Source of the DNA: Camelus dromedarius
Lineage: Eukaryota
Reading direction: 5' to 3'
Assembly: GCF_036321535.1 (NCBI RefSeq)
Contig: NC_087437.1
Span: 70,186,001-70,250,000 of the forward strand
Length of the DNA stretch: 64,000 nucleotides
The notes beneath the pieces are model-generated. The model made no database searches. It was not told where the DNA came from and saw only the letters and a list, made by a program, of their open reading frames with translations. A program made the position numbers and the translations under genes. Below, one piece after another: positions 11,299 through 24,343 of this stretch; positions within the stretch are counted from its first letter, which is position 1; the number at the start of each line of letters is the position of its first letter.

Positions 11299-13114
11299 CT
11301 GATTTAAAAAAAAAGAAAAATCCCTTCACACAAGAGAAGGCGATCATAAGATAAACAGATGTGCTGCATTGCAGAAGTGTAGGTTCAGAGGTTGAGCTGA
11401 GAAACACACCAAAGACAGTGGCTTTCCTTCTTGCAAATAAATAGTCCTTGCTTTTTATGACCTCTAGGTTTAAGATTATTTAAAATAATACTGAAGAATG
11501 CAGCTAGGCTGCTGTGATATAGTCATTCATTTGTTGAGAATTCCCCAGAGGCTTCTAAACCAGTGTGCACAGTAATTTTGTTTTATTTATTTATTTTTGA
11601 TGGAGGCTTTCAAGGTGTATGCCCTTTTCCTCAGCCATTTTTTAATTAGCATATCTGTTACCTCCAAGTGGGACAACTGCTACAACTATTTGCAATGACT
11701 GCCTCATTGACATGCAGGAAGGATCTCAGAGACATCAAGCTTAAGAGAGAATCTATACAGCCTGTCTGCTGGGAAATTAATGGCCCTGAGTAAACACCAG
11801 GTTGTGGGCAGTTCTCCTGCAGAAGGTGGTGGTTAGAATCAGGGAGAATGTATACGGGAAAATACTCTGGAAACTGTGAAGTGACTTAAAGAGGAATGGT
11901 TACTGAAAGTGCTAGTAATAGGGCCAAATTAATACATTTGCCATGATTATTTTTATCTTTTTAAATTTTAAATCACTGACTAAAATGGAAATTTAGGCTA
12001 ACTGTTCAAGCAAAGGGATGCTGGGCTTTTATCCAAGCTGGTGCATGAACCCCTGCACAAAGAGGCAGGCAAGTGTTCATCTTCCAGAATGGCCATGATG
12101 TCACTAATGAACTGACAATCACAATACAATTTGTCTGTTCTTTCCCTCTTTCAATAGCACCTTACCTATCAGGAGCACAATATCATCTACTTTTTACCTA
12201 CTGGAATATAAGTAGGGTTGGTATGTATTGGGGGAAAGAAGCAGCCAAAGTCACTGTCACCAAATGCTGTGAGCTAGAGCACTCATCTGTTCTATCCCAA
12301 TCAGATCCTAATCACTTTCAGTACAATTCTAATGTTTGTCTTCGTGGTTGCCAAGACTACAGCAGACTGTAAGCACCACATTTTTATTAGGGAAAGGATC
12401 CATTTGATCAAATATACTGTACATTGATAGTAGTGAGAAAAGGTACGCATGTAGTGCCTGCAATATTAAAAGCAATTAACAGTGGATGCAAACTCAAATA
12501 TTACAGCAAACTACAAAGAGAAGTGAGCAGCCCAGTATACCCTGATGGCCCTTGAGGGCATCACTGCTTTACAGAATAATCTCTCATGTGCACAATGATG
12601 ACCTTGAGTCATCAAGAAAAGGTTAAATAACATTTAGCCTTTTAGCCTTCTTTAATTAAGAAGGCAGCAAAGTGTGCAATCCATTTTAGAAATCTTTCCT
12701 TAATAAATGCCTTAAATTTTAAACAAAAATTTAAGCAGACAAACCTATTATCTAAAATAACTTATTTCCCAATAGTTCTGATTTCCTGAAACTTTAACAA
12801 GTCCTCCATCTTATTCTTCTCATTCTGAGCTGAGACTACCTGTGCCTTTCCTAGCATTTGAAACTAGTTCTTTCCTCCTTTTTTTATCTTTCAGCTAAGT
12901 GCTCTTACTGCTACCACCATCCCCTCCTCTCAAAACATGCCCCAGAGATCCTAGTGCTCACGGCTACCAAATCTTCAGGCTATGCAGCCAATGCCTAATA
13001 ACTGCAATAGTGAAATCACTGTGCTGGAAGTTACTAGGGATATGGAAGAGGGTGCAGGGATTAATTGATAAAGGATAAACCAGGAGAAGAACATCATTAT
13101 TCTTGATTATCGCC

Positions 13115-13501
13115 TGCTATGGGCTGAATTGTGTCCCCCCACAAATTCCTATGTTGAAACCTCAACACCCAGTGTGATGGTATTTAGAGATGGGACCTTT
13201 GGGAGATAACTAGGCTTAGCTGAGGTCATGAGGGTGTGGTTCTCAGGATGAGATTTATGTCTTTATAACAAGAGACCAGAGATATTGCTCTCCCTCCCCA
13301 TCCTACCCCCACCATCTCTGCCATGTTGAGGATACAGCATGAAGACAGCCATCTGCAAGCCAGGAAGAGAGTTCCCCCCAGAACCCAACCATGCTGACAT
13401 CCTGATCTCAGACTTCCCAGCCTTCAGAATCATGAGAAAAAAGTTCTGTTTAAAAGTCACCCAGTCTATGGTATTTCATTATGGCAGCCTGAGGTGAGAC
13501 A
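13115..13501 (+). mobile_element. MLT1A-like MaLR solo LTR
   Basis: tgctatgggctgaattgtgtcccccc...tgatctcagacttcccagcc...cccagtctatggtattt...agaca; TG...CA ends. Confidence 0.9.
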
Positions 13502-13849
13502 CAACCATTCCCCACCACCACAACCCACAACTCTTGTTCACAGTTTGCTGTCATCCTTTTGGGAAAGAGTTCCAAGTTTTCACATTCCCACCTACAGGAT
13601 AGCACAGGAAGGAAGCAATCTCCCCAGGGAGGGGGAAGGGCAAAGAAGTAAACGATGAGGCTGATCATCCCATACGTATTTTCATCAACTCCATGCTCCA
13701 GCAGGCTTTTGTTCTGCCCTGATAGTCCCCCTGTGGACACCAGCACCAACAGTCTGGGCTGATCCAGTAAAGGAGCTGGAAATAATTATCTATCTTAGGA
13801 GAGAGGAAAGAACAAAATTTACACTACAGACAGAGACAAAGAATAGTGT

Positions 13850-15211
13850 TGTTGGTAATAAGGCAGATTTCCACCACAGATACCAGTTTGGGGTTTTTTC
13901 CCAAACATAATCAAATAATCAAGAATATTCCTGAAACGGGTTCCTTATCCCTAAAGGAAAAAACTAAAGTCAGCATTCAGGGTGCTCAATGAAAAGAAAC
14001 CAAACTTTGAGCCGATGTGAGACTCACCCCAGGACAAGGTCAGAGAAGGCTCAAAAGCCACAGGGGAACAGCTGTGCTCAAGTCAAAACTAGAGCTGAGC
14101 CCTCATTTCAACTGAATTTCCTGGAGCTGGCAAGATTTTAAAATGCTGGTTCCCCCAAATAACCAAAATATTACCTAAACAACTTGTTAATAACACAAAG
14201 CTCACTGTGGTGAGGGAGAACACCGCCTTGACAGTCTTAGTAGCATCTCAGAGGGGAAAGAGAGAAGCTAGGATATTTACTGAGATTTTTAAAGCAGATC
14301 CTTCAGTAAAGAGGTTTAGTTAGAACTGGGCAAGGATCAATATATGATGGTCTACGATGGACAGACACAGCAAAAGCAGGTATTCTAAAGTGAGGAATTC
14401 TGAGGTCTTGGGGTGAAAACTGTCTTTGATGCTTTCTATTAAAGAGTTGATGGGTCTTTCAAGAAGTTCCTGGAATGTGCAATAAAGTTATTTGTAACTT
14501 CTGTCTTCCAAGGCAAGAGGATCCTTGTGAAGAGTAGCAGAATATGACATCCCAAAATATGGCACTTGGGCATAAGGATTAATTTGAGCTGAAGGCAATT
14601 GAGAAGAAACAGATAAAAACAAAACAAAACAAAAATCTCTCTTCCTGCCATATTTTCCTAAAAGCAGGACATAAATTTGTAAAGTTGTCCCCTCTCAACT
14701 CTCTATCAGGAAAGACAGAAGTTAATCACCAGAGACAACTCTAGACTCTTATCAGCCCAGAGATGGCACCAGAGCAATCTATGTAGTTTCACTAACTAGC
14801 TCTTATCTTCCACTAATTGTCTCATGCATTTACCTTCTCACAATTTTCTGCATCTGGAAACTCAAAGTCCTTTTCTTTCATCTTGTCACTTCTCTAAATA
14901 TCCACTGTTCTTTTGTTAAGATGCTATATAAGCCCACATTTAACCACCCTTTCGAGTTACTCATCTCTGAATGCTCCCATCTGTAACTACAATGCACATG
15001 TTAACAAACGTGTTTATCTTTCTCTTGTTAATCTGTCATTTGTCAGTCTAACTTACAAGGGCACCAGCTGGAGAACCCAGGAGGGTAGAACCTAGAGGAA
15101 ATGTGTTTTTTCCTCACCTACAAGGTTATGATAGTATTACACTGATGACAACAGTTAAGAGTAAAGTCAGTTTAACGTAGAAATAAGCTGTGTGGATGGT
15201 TTTCATTCTCA
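13850..15211 (-). mobile_element. LTR52/53-like ERVL LTR, split by MER34 insertion
   Basis: gagttgatgggtctttcaagaagttcctgg...aataaagttatttg on the left resumes after the insert and ends aagctgtgtggatggttttcattctca. Left boundary uncertain. Confidence 0.55.
14528..15122 (+). mobile_element. MER34-like ERV1 solo LTR
   Basis: gaatatgacatcccaaaatatggcacttgggcataaggattaatttgagctgaaggcaattgagaag...ttcctcacctaca. Confidence 0.8.
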
Positions 15212-15720
15212 CTCCATGATACCCCTCCTTGTATTCAGTTATGTACATGTCTGTTCCCCACCCCAAAATCTGTAAGCTCTCTCAGAGCAGAGATTATATC
15301 TGCTCTTGAAACAGTGCCCATTGTCTTTTCCATCCCCCATACTGCTTCAGCTTCAAAATCACCATCATCTCTAAGACATGCATATATTATAGAACTTCCT
15401 GTTATAATTTCCAACCCTTCTGGAGGCAAAATGCTGCTAAACAAGATGAGAAACACCAGTTGTAGGGGTTTCTAAATGAAAAACTAAAATCATCTTTGAT
15501 TCCCTGAGCATGTTCAATGTAATTCATTCAGAGAGTGTATATTTTCAGCTAATTTTAACAAAGATTGATTGTTAAGACGTCTCAATTGCTTGAAAACAGT
15601 GCTAAAAATAAGATAGCCTGGGTATGTAAAAGTGTATTGTATTTTTTCCCACATCAATGCTAAGTGTTTAAGAATCACAATTGTAAAAATTCCATTTCAA
15701 TGTGTCTTTATTTTTATTAC

Positions 15721-16475
15721 ATTAGTTTGTCATCAGCAAAACAGTGTGAAGTTTCCTTAGGAGAGAAGAGTTCTTCTGCATTTGAAATGCCTCAGAAAGA
15801 AATGTTTTTAATTATCACTGGTACTATTTCAGATCCTATGTTAGTCACCAATACCCCATTGATGACCTTTCCCATCAATCTTTTATTTCTATCTTTTAAA
15901 ATGCTTTTCTATTTTAGAAATGATGTTGCTGTTCCTTTTTCACTTTCATTGCATTTTATGTATTACTTCATCACATGTTATAAGGAAGGGAATTTGAGGT
16001 AAATTATAAGTTGATGAAAGGCTTCTCAGAGACATCACTTGAAGCTCTATGAAGATAACAATGGTTGGGTCTTTTAATTGCTGTATTTACCACACCCCAC
16101 ACTAGATTAAGCATGCTGGACATTTTCTCAGTAAGTCCTGAAGACTGTTTCATATCCAGATTAATAAATGAGACCTTAGGTGACTGTGCTGCTAAGAATG
16201 TCAAATTCTACTTCTACCTCACATTATCATTTAATAACCCTTCATTTTCTTAAGTAATCTGTTTAGGTCTCTTCTTTGGGAGTCTCAGTTACGATTATAA
16301 GCCAAATGGGACACTGTGTGCTCCACAGTTGTTGAGTGATGAATTCCAGGGGCTCCTTTAGGCAGCAGAATGGTGTTAAATGGGATTGCATAAGTCCAAA
16401 TTGATCAAAACACGTCCCTGGCTTTTACATTTTATAATTTGTTTTCAGGTCATGAGCTGCAACTTTATAAGTGTT
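15721..16475 (-). pseudogene. Large candidate pseudo-exon (low-structure peptide)
   Basis: Strong acceptor tttctcaccctttcccatag. Three successive near-open stretches of about 65-80 codons (NTYKVAAHDLKT...; ORF 16004..16204; KCNESEKG...SPKETSHCFADDKL). Possible donor AAT|GTAATA. Confidence 0.4.
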
Positions 16476-16596
16476 CTATGGGAAAGGGTGAGAAATGGAG
16501 CCTCAAAAGATATGAGAGATAACATGAGCAATACCTTTTATCAAGCTATTAAAATTGTGGATGGTGTAACTACAGTTAGGAGATAAAGGCCTAGAG

Positions 16597-16847
16597 TTGT
16601 ATTTCCCAAAATGTGGTAGACAGCAATCAACGAATGTGCGAAAAAGCCACCTTCACTGCATACCTTTGAAAAAGCTGAATTAAACAAAGTTAAATTCATT
16701 TCTCTACTGCAGGATTTCTGGAGCCTTTAGTATGTTCTAGGGGGACATAATATGCAATGTTTTCCCAGTTAATGTGTAAAATAGAACACTTTTTCATAGG
16801 ATACTTCTTAGGACTAATGTTCAGAGAAAACCCATTGGGAAACATAG
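16597..16847 (-). mobile_element. MER103-like hAT-Charlie element
   Basis: taaacaaagttaaa...tactgcaggatttctggagccttta...ggactaatgttc...ttgggaaac. Confidence 0.65.
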
Positions 16848-17159
16848 GGCTAAAGTATAAAGATCTATTAACAAACTATCTCTACGTAGCTTTAGGTCAT
16901 CCTTTATCAAAAACAGATGAAATTAATCTTGTCTTACTGATAATTCCTACCAAAGTCATAGGACTAATCTAAATAAATATAATGAGTTATGTACCTATCC
17001 CTCACCACTTGCTGTGGCCAGGGTTTAAAAAACAATGTGCTTATTAGACAGCCTGCTACACATGCCCATCCTTAATGTCCCCACCGTTGAAGATGGGAAA
17101 GGCAGTGGGGTCAGCTCCACCCACACAGACTAAGTGAAAAGTCACTGGCTAATACATTG

Positions 17160-17272
17160 GCATAATGATACCTACCTTATATTATCATCAGGACTAAATG
17201 AGATAAGGTATTTAAAACATTTTAGCACGATGCCTGGCTCATAGGAAGTGGTGAATAAGTGGTAACTGTTAT
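17160..17272 (+). mobile_element. MIR 3' half
   Basis: ataatgatacctacctt...aggactaaatgagataa...tagcacgatgcctggctcatag. Confidence 0.75.
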
Positions 17273-17299
17273 AAAGTGACAACATCAACATCATCACAC

Positions 17300-17860
17300 C
17301 CTATCGATTCAGGGCATGTCATCTTTAAACCATCTAATCTAAAGCAACTGCTTCCCATCTGACCTATTCCTAATCTTGTCTGAAAATTCCTCAAACTGTA
17401 TTTCAACTATTTTTCAAAAATTCTTATTTGAGCATGCCACTCTCTTACTCTCTACAGAACCCTATAGAATAAAGTTCAAACACTTGCCCACAGGAAGGTC
17501 TCTCTGCTGCCTGGTAAAAGTCTACCTTTCCAAGTTCATCTTCCACCAGTTTCCTGGTCCCATGGTCTCCATGTATCAGCCCCACTGCACCTTTTATCCC
17601 CAAAGACACCACACACTCTCATTTATCTGTCTGTTTAATCATATTGTATGCTTCTGCTATTTCCTCAAAATGGGATATGCTTCCCCTGACTCCAGCTGCA
17701 AAAAGGCTTTCAGGCCAATTCAATTACTATCTATCCTTAATATCCCCAGTCAGACTTAATCACTTTCCCCTCTATGCTCCCATACACTTTCTACCTCTAT
17801 TACAGCACTTTTCACACATCCTATGTAACAGTTACTTGTGCAAGTGTCTATTTCTATGCA
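17300..17860 (+). mobile_element. L2 fragment
   Basis: cctatagaataaagttcaaacactt; ctctatgctcccatacac; pyrimidine-rich L2 ORF2/3' motifs. Confidence 0.55.
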
Positions 17861-18094
17861 TTACTCAGGACTGTGCTGCAGGAGAACTTGCTTGGGTAAA
17901 AATATGAAGGTTAAATTGGAAATATCCTGGGTCACTCATGTAATTTGTAGAATACATGAATAACCAAACTTCAAAGAAGACCAAATACAGCCAGACTTCT
18001 GAAAAAAATTGCAACCACAGACAAAACATCAATTTGTTCAAAAAACCAAACCAAACCAAACCAAAAACCAACCCTAACCACAGTTGCTCTCTAT

Positions 18095-20085
18095 GAAGTG
18101 TACTGAGGTAAAATTTACATACAGAAAATATGCCCTTTTTAGTGTACTGTTCTTTGAGTTATGGCAAAGACATACCGGTCATGTAACCACCATTATAAAC
18201 AAGATATAAAATGATTCTATCACTTTCCAAAACTCCCCTTTGCAGCCAAACTCTCCCCGCAATCTTGGCCCTTGGCAACCACTGATCTATTTTGTGTCCT
18301 AACAGCTTTGTCTTTTCCAGAAGGTCATATAATTCGCATAGTAGGTAGTCTTTGAGTTTGACTTCTTGCACTGAGCATATTTGAGATTTATCCACATTGT
18401 TGCATGTACCAATAACTTATTAATCTTGTCTTATTACATTAACTAGGACCTCCAGTGTGATGTCAAACAGGAGTGGTGTGAGAGGACATCATTGCTTTTT
18501 CTCCCCAAAAGTTAGTGGGAAAGTGTTCTGTAATCCACTATTAAGTCAGTTGTATGTTTTTTTGTACATGCCCTTTATCAGGTTGATGAAGTCTCCTATT
18601 CCTCATTTGCTGAATGTTTTATTATTGTTGTTTTAAACCATGCATGGAAACTAAAATTTATAAAAAAAGTTTGCATCTATTGTAAATATGTTTTTTTTTT
18701 CTTTATTAGTCTGCTGATATGGTGAATAACACTGACTGATTTTTGAATGTTGAACCAGTCTTGCACTTCCAGGATAAACTTCACTTAGTCATAATGTATT
18801 ACCCTTTTTATATATTGTTGGACTCAATTTTCTAATATTTTGATGGTGATTTTAGTACTTGTTCATGAGATATATTGATTTATAGCTTCATATTTAACAT
18901 TTTTTCTGGTTTTGGTATTAAGATAAAATGAATTGACAAGTTTTCTTCTATTTTTGAGAAGAGTTTATCTAGACTGGGTATTATTTCTTTCCTAATGTTT
19001 ACTAAAAAGAACTAAATTTATTTAATAAATACAGGATTATTCCTGTTGTCTATTTACTCTTACATGAGCTTTTTGATATCTTTTGTCTTCCAGCTAATTT
19101 GTCCATATCATCTAAGTTAATGAATGTATGAACACAGAGCTGTTCGCAATAATCCCTTATCCTTTTAATGTCTGTAGAATCAATAATATTCCTTCTTTCA
19201 TTTCTGACATTAGTCATTTTTTGTCTTCTCTTCTTTCCCCCTTGCTCAACCTAGGTAGAGGTTTATCAATTATATTGATCTTTTCAAAGTACCAGCTTTT
19301 TGTTTCATTGATTGTCTCTATTTTCTTGTTTTTAATTTTTTTACATTTACACTTATCTTTTTTATATTTATATTTTATTTATACTTTCCCTTCACTCTGT
19401 TGCTTTGAGGTTTAATTTCTTTTCCAGAATTTGAAGGCTTAGATCATAGATTTGGGATGTTTCCTCTCTTGTAATACAAGTTTTTGATTCTATAAATTGC
19501 ACATGTAGCACTGCTTTAGATTCATCCCACAGAAATTTGATGTGTTGTATTATTTTCATTTAATTCAAAATATTGTCTAATTTCCTTTAATACATGGATT
19601 AATTAGAAGTTGTGTTGTTTACCTTCCAAAATATGTGTGGATTTTCCAGATATCTTCCTATTATGGATTTCTAGCTTAATTCCATTATTGTCAGAGATCA
19701 TATTCTGTATAATTTCAATCTTTTAAATTTCTCTATTATATATATGTTTTATAGCCCAGAACATGATCTCCCTTGAATGTTCCATATGCATTTGAACAGT
19801 ATGCATATTCTTTTGTTAACTTGAGTGTTCTATAAATGTCAATTAGTTCCATTTTTTTGATAGTTTCAATTTTTTTGTTCATGTCTTCTATATCCTTACT
19901 GATTTTCTGTTTTCTTGTTCTCTGAATTACTGAGAGTGTTGAATTCTCCAGCTATAATTGTGGATTACTGTATTTCTGCTTCCAGGTCTATGAATTTTTG
20001 CTTCATGAAATTTGAAATTCTGTTAGGTGCATACATTTTTAGAACTGTTATGACTTCTTATTGATTGAATTATTATTATGTAACA
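18095..20085 (-). mobile_element. Old L1 (L1MC/MD/ME-type) 3'UTR plus ORF2 fragments
   Basis: tgaggtaaaatttacatac...ggcaaccactgatct...ctaggacctccagt...ttgaatgttgaaccagtcttgc...ctccagctataattgtgga. Confidence 0.9.
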
Positions 20086-20499
20086 TGCATGGGTAGGTTC
20101 TGAAGTCCACCATGGGTTCCTCACCTAAAGAGGTCATAAGCAAGGCCAGGTCCTGAGTTTCACATTTTGGTCCCCATCACTAGAGGTTAACTCTTGCCCA
20201 GGTAAACTTTAAAATTTACTCAAGTTGACCCACAGTTTAAGTTAGATACTCAACCCAGGAACAATCAATAGTGTCAAGGTGGCAGAATCTGTAAGAACAT
20301 GGCATCTACCGTATAAATTGTATGGTTGGAATGAAAGAATGAACAGCTGACAGGGGGAAGGATGCCAAGAAGATAAAACCAAAAGTGTCTGCCATATTCT
20401 CTTCAAAATCATAAAAATGCTAAAGGCATGTCACTTGTCATATTGGTCATGTTCAGTCTACAAAATCTAGCAAAATATCCACCAAAGAATGTTTGGCCA

Positions 20500-20631
20500 A
20501 GGCCTTATTTCTCTCGCTGTCCTATCCTGCTTGTTTCTCCAAAAGGTGTTAATGCTGAGAGCACTTTCTGGTATACTTCCCTCACCCTAATCTCCACCTC
20601 AGAGTCTGCTTCCCAGCAACCTGACTTGCAA
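20500..20631 (+). mobile_element. LTR16/LTR33-like ERVL LTR 3' end
   Basis: taatctccacctcagagtctgcttcccagcaacctgacttgcaaca. Confidence 0.6.
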
Positions 20632-21014
20632 CACAATCTCTTTTAGGGACCTAATAAAATACATAGCTCTCCTTAGAAAAATATGACCACATAAAAATTA
20701 AACTTTATATAAATTTAGGACATTCACAGCACTTTGATTTTTACCATGAACTCCAAAAAAATAGTTTAAGTCTTTTGTTTTGCAGAAACTTAGGCCCAGA
20801 AATATTCATAACTTGCCTAAGGTTGTATGATGACTCAGTAGAAAAACTAGAACTAATTTCTTATTTCTGGTCACATAGTCAATTACATTTTCCACCTTCT
20901 TGAGAAATTTGGGGAATTTACCTCTTTTTATATTTTAAATATTCAAATTAATAATCTAGTAATTATAGAAAACATATCATATTCTGGGTACTATGATTAA
21001 TGTTTATCCTGTAT

Positions 21015-21160
21015 TATTTCATTTAATCCTCAGAGGAAACTTTTGAAGTAGACACAATTATCGTCATTTTGCAAATGACAGAAATGAGGCTTGAAGATTT
21101 TTCAAGGTAAATCTCTGAGGTAGTATGAGAGCCAACATTTGGATGCAGTAATCTCTCTGT
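21015..21160 (-). mobile_element. MIR SINE
   Basis: tttcatttaatcctca...attatcgtcattttgcaaatgacagaaatgaggc. Confidence 0.7.
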
Positions 21161-21304
21161 ATAGCCAGTTCTCATAACAGCAATACTACATACACACATT
21201 GTAACTGTTTTGTGTATAATACATTTTATTGATTTTCCCACATACTACAAAACTATACAGAATGAAGCCTATACAAAATCTGAAAACCTGATCTCATTCC
21301 AAAT

Positions 21305-21730
21305 GGTTGGTTCATTAACTCAGGAAATGGAATTTACTGAGTGCTTGCTATATGCCAGGAGCCTCAGTCAACAGTGATCAAAGAAGATACAGTCTCTGTG
21401 TGTAAGGAATTTAAAGTCTAGGAGGGATAAAGGCGTTAAATTATTATATGTAATTTTAGTTTAATTAATGCTAAGTTTAATTTTTGTATCAAATTACAGT
21501 AAAAAAAAAAAAAAAGTACAGGATGCTATAAAAGAATTTAACAAGGGAACCTAAAATGGAATTAGGGAGTTAGAGGAAGCTTTCCTAACGAGTGATATAC
21601 AGGCTGACTACCAACAGTGATGACAGAAAAGTCCAGTGAAATTTGCAATGTGTCTGGCAAATCAAATAGGGATGGAAGAGACAGATCTCTATTTCAGTGG
21701 AAGATAACCTTGTACGAGGGTTCTGAGTGG
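21305..21730 (-). mobile_element. L2 3' region
   Basis: atttactgagtgcttgctatatgccagg...aaggaatttaaagtctagg. Confidence 0.65.
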
Positions 21731-21746
21731 ATTTGACTACCCTTAC

Positions 21747-21900
21747 CTACATCTGTTCTATTTTGAGCATGTTTTAATTAATTTGTACTATGTTTGTCCT
21801 TTTCTTCAGTTCTGTTATTACTCGCCTTGATGAACTGAGATGAAATATTGTTAGCAGTTTTCATTTCTTTCTGGTACAAGCAGTCATCTCTGTGGAATGA
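21747..21900 (-). pseudogene. Candidate pseudo-exon
   Basis: Acceptor cattttctttaag and donor TAG|GTAAGG; RRVITELKKRTNIVQIN*NMLKIEQM. Confidence 0.4.
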
Positions 21901-22534
21901 CTTAAAGAAAATGCTGACAGCAGTCTCTATTCCACTCTCCGCAACCTAACTCATCAACACACACAGCTATATAATACCTCCCACTCAACTTCTTCCCTCA
22001 TTTATTACCCAACACGATCCTCATTTGGAAAGGCAAATCCTCCTAGGAGTCACCATAAATGAAGCCCCTAAATGAGGCTGAATGATTTAATTACATATTC
22101 TGCTTTCCTTAGGACCCAGATGAGCAGCAGGCATCAGCAACGTGTCCCTAATTTTGAAAGGCTGTGAATTCTTGATGTAGCCTAAGTCTCAGAACCTAGA
22201 TTTCCTCCCTCTGTGACTGTGCATGCTCCCTTTTGTCTTTGGTATTTTGCAGTATCACTCAGAATGGTACAAAACAGTTTTCAAATTATTGATAAGGGTG
22301 TTCTCTACCCTTCTGGAGGAGGAGCCAGGCATTCCCACAGCCAATCAAGTGACCTTCAGACCCAAGAAGAATGGCTACTCTTGAGACCACTCAGTCCCAT
22401 ACTCAGTCCCATCTTAGGCCCACTCGATGAGAAGGGCCATTTGTTTCTATTGCTTGATCCTATGGTCTAAATTTAATGTGTGGGCTGAGAAAAGATATGA
22501 CATTGATAAGTATTAGGGAGAAAAATGATTCTAC

Positions 22535-22633
22535 AGAGATCTTAGGTAGATCTTTTAATTTCCATAGGCCCCATTTTTCTCAACTGTAAAATAAGGTACT
22601 GGGACTAGATGGCTTCAAAACTCTCTTCCAGCT
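22535..22633 (+). mobile_element. MIR/MIR3 core
   Basis: ctcaactgtaaaataagg...ggactagatgg...cttccagct. Confidence 0.6.
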
Positions 22634-22720
22634 GGGGTGGCCACATTTTCCCAGTTTGCCTGACATGATCCTGATTTTAAAACTCAATGTCTCTAGCAAT
22701 GTAAGACACTTGGTCACCCA
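22634..22720. mobile_element. MER81/MER94-like hAT-Blackjack MITE
   Basis: TIRs ggggtggcca / tggtcaccc; internal cccagtttgcctgac. Confidence 0.6.
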
Positions 22721-22737
22721 ACTTTCTTCTCTGGTTT

Positions 22738-22775
22738 ATAAGTAAGTGCTAGTTCATAAGTAAGTGCTAGCTCAT
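22738..22775. repeat. 18-bp tandem duplication
   Basis: ataagtaagtgctagttc ataagtaagtgctagctc. Confidence 0.85.
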
Positions 22776-23000
22776 CACTTGATACAGATGTATTTAAATT
22801 CACTTCAGTTTAAATGCTAAAAGTCTCAACTTTATGATGTTTAAGTTCAGCAGAAATGCACATTTTTATCTTATTTCTCACATGGCCTTTAGTCTTTATA
22901 TATTGTTCAATGTTTGTTAATTTAGGTAATTAAGTGCTAATAGAATTGAAATTAGAGAGTTTTTTTTTTCCTTTGTGAAATTCTTGGATACATCACACTA

Positions 23001-23248
23001 CTTGTTTTGACTAAGTGTGGCATGACATCTTTCAAAAGTGGCAGAGCACAGTGACATGATGTCATTGGTGATCTTCTCAAGAGCTGCTCTCCCAACATCA
23101 CTTATCTGACGGGCCAAACGCTTCACAAAATCTACAAGGATCATAGGTTATTTGTAACTGCTACAAAAATTATCAGCTGTTATTTGATATTAATATCAGC
23201 GTAATTATTTCTGTGGCTCTTCCAAATTCCTTCCATTTGCAGTCTTTG
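23001..23248 (-). pseudogene. Pseudo-exon, spectrin-repeat-like
   Basis: Acceptor cattgcttcctttctaag. KDCKWKEFGRATEIIT, then after a frameshift MILVDFVKRLARQISDVGRAALEKITNDIMSLCSATFERCHATLSQNK. Confidence 0.5.
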
Positions 23249-23345
23249 CTTAGAAAGGAAGCAATGACCTCATCCTTAGCTACTATTCTGAAATTAGTCA
23301 TAATGTCTAAAACCCTTGTTTTCTTTACAAAAGAAAGAAGTCAGA

Positions 23346-23370
23346 TGACCTTTGCCCTGACCTTTGACTT
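23346..23370 (-). promoter_or_regulatory. Tandem DR1 nuclear-receptor motifs
   Basis: Minus strand reads AAGTCA-A-AGGTCA overlapping AGGGCA-A-AGGTCA. Motif match only. Confidence 0.35.
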
Positions 23371-24343
23371 GATGTTTTCAAAAGCTAATTATAGGGTGAG
23401 CCAATTCTCCTTTATCATTCAGAGACATTTGGTTAAGGTCTATTCTTTAAATTAAAAAACAAAAAAAGTCTTTCAGAAGACTGTTTAGGGCTGCATACAG
23501 TATGATGAAATCTAGAAAGGAATAGTTAATTTTGGCCATCAGTATCAATTTTCTCAAAACTAATCAAGTAGAACATGGGAGATGATATAAGTTAGTCATT
23601 AAAATCAGTGTTTCAACTAACAATACATAATCAGTCATCTGGTGGTCTGGTGGTTAGAGGTTGGAAAAATACACAGTCTGACAGCTTCAGCATTAAAACC
23701 TCTGCAGTTTCTACCACCACACCCTTTGCTACTGCATCAGCAAGAAAAAACTGCAGGCAACTGTGCATTACTTAAACTGTAAAGGTTACTTGGCTAATAA
23801 AGACTGGCCCTAAGATTAAGTGCAGTCATATATCCCCATAGTGCACGTATCTCACTCATTTACCTTTAATATAGTCTTTATGCTTATAAACAGAGATTTT
23901 AAATGGGTAGGATTTCAGAAGAAAAAATAGCATTTGGTAATTAAAACAATAATGGAGGCACACAGCATTTCTCTTCTCTCCAGGCTTCCCCTGGCAATCT
24001 GCTTCTTGGGGTAAAAGTAGAGGTCTGATTCCTTTTGTTCATTCCAGCCACCGCCCTTTAGCAATCTCTGTCTGAGCAAGACTGCCACGCCCAATCATGG
24101 GACAAAGGCAGAAACAGGGGAACTCTGGGCACTGAGACAACCGGACTTTGTTTATGGATGTGTAATATATTGGTCTCAATGACATGAAGGTGCAAATCAG
24201 TTGCTATCTCCACAAACAAACAATTAATACAGGGCACTTAAAAATATATGTATGTTCTAAAATGCTATCTGATAAAAGTATTCTTTTCCTAGAAAGAAAG
24301 GGATGTGGCCAAAGGATTCTCTGATTTTCAGAAAAAGGGTGAA

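Noticed and set aside
17376..17907. 127-aa and 87-aa ORFs
   Set aside because: They lie within a decayed L2 element.
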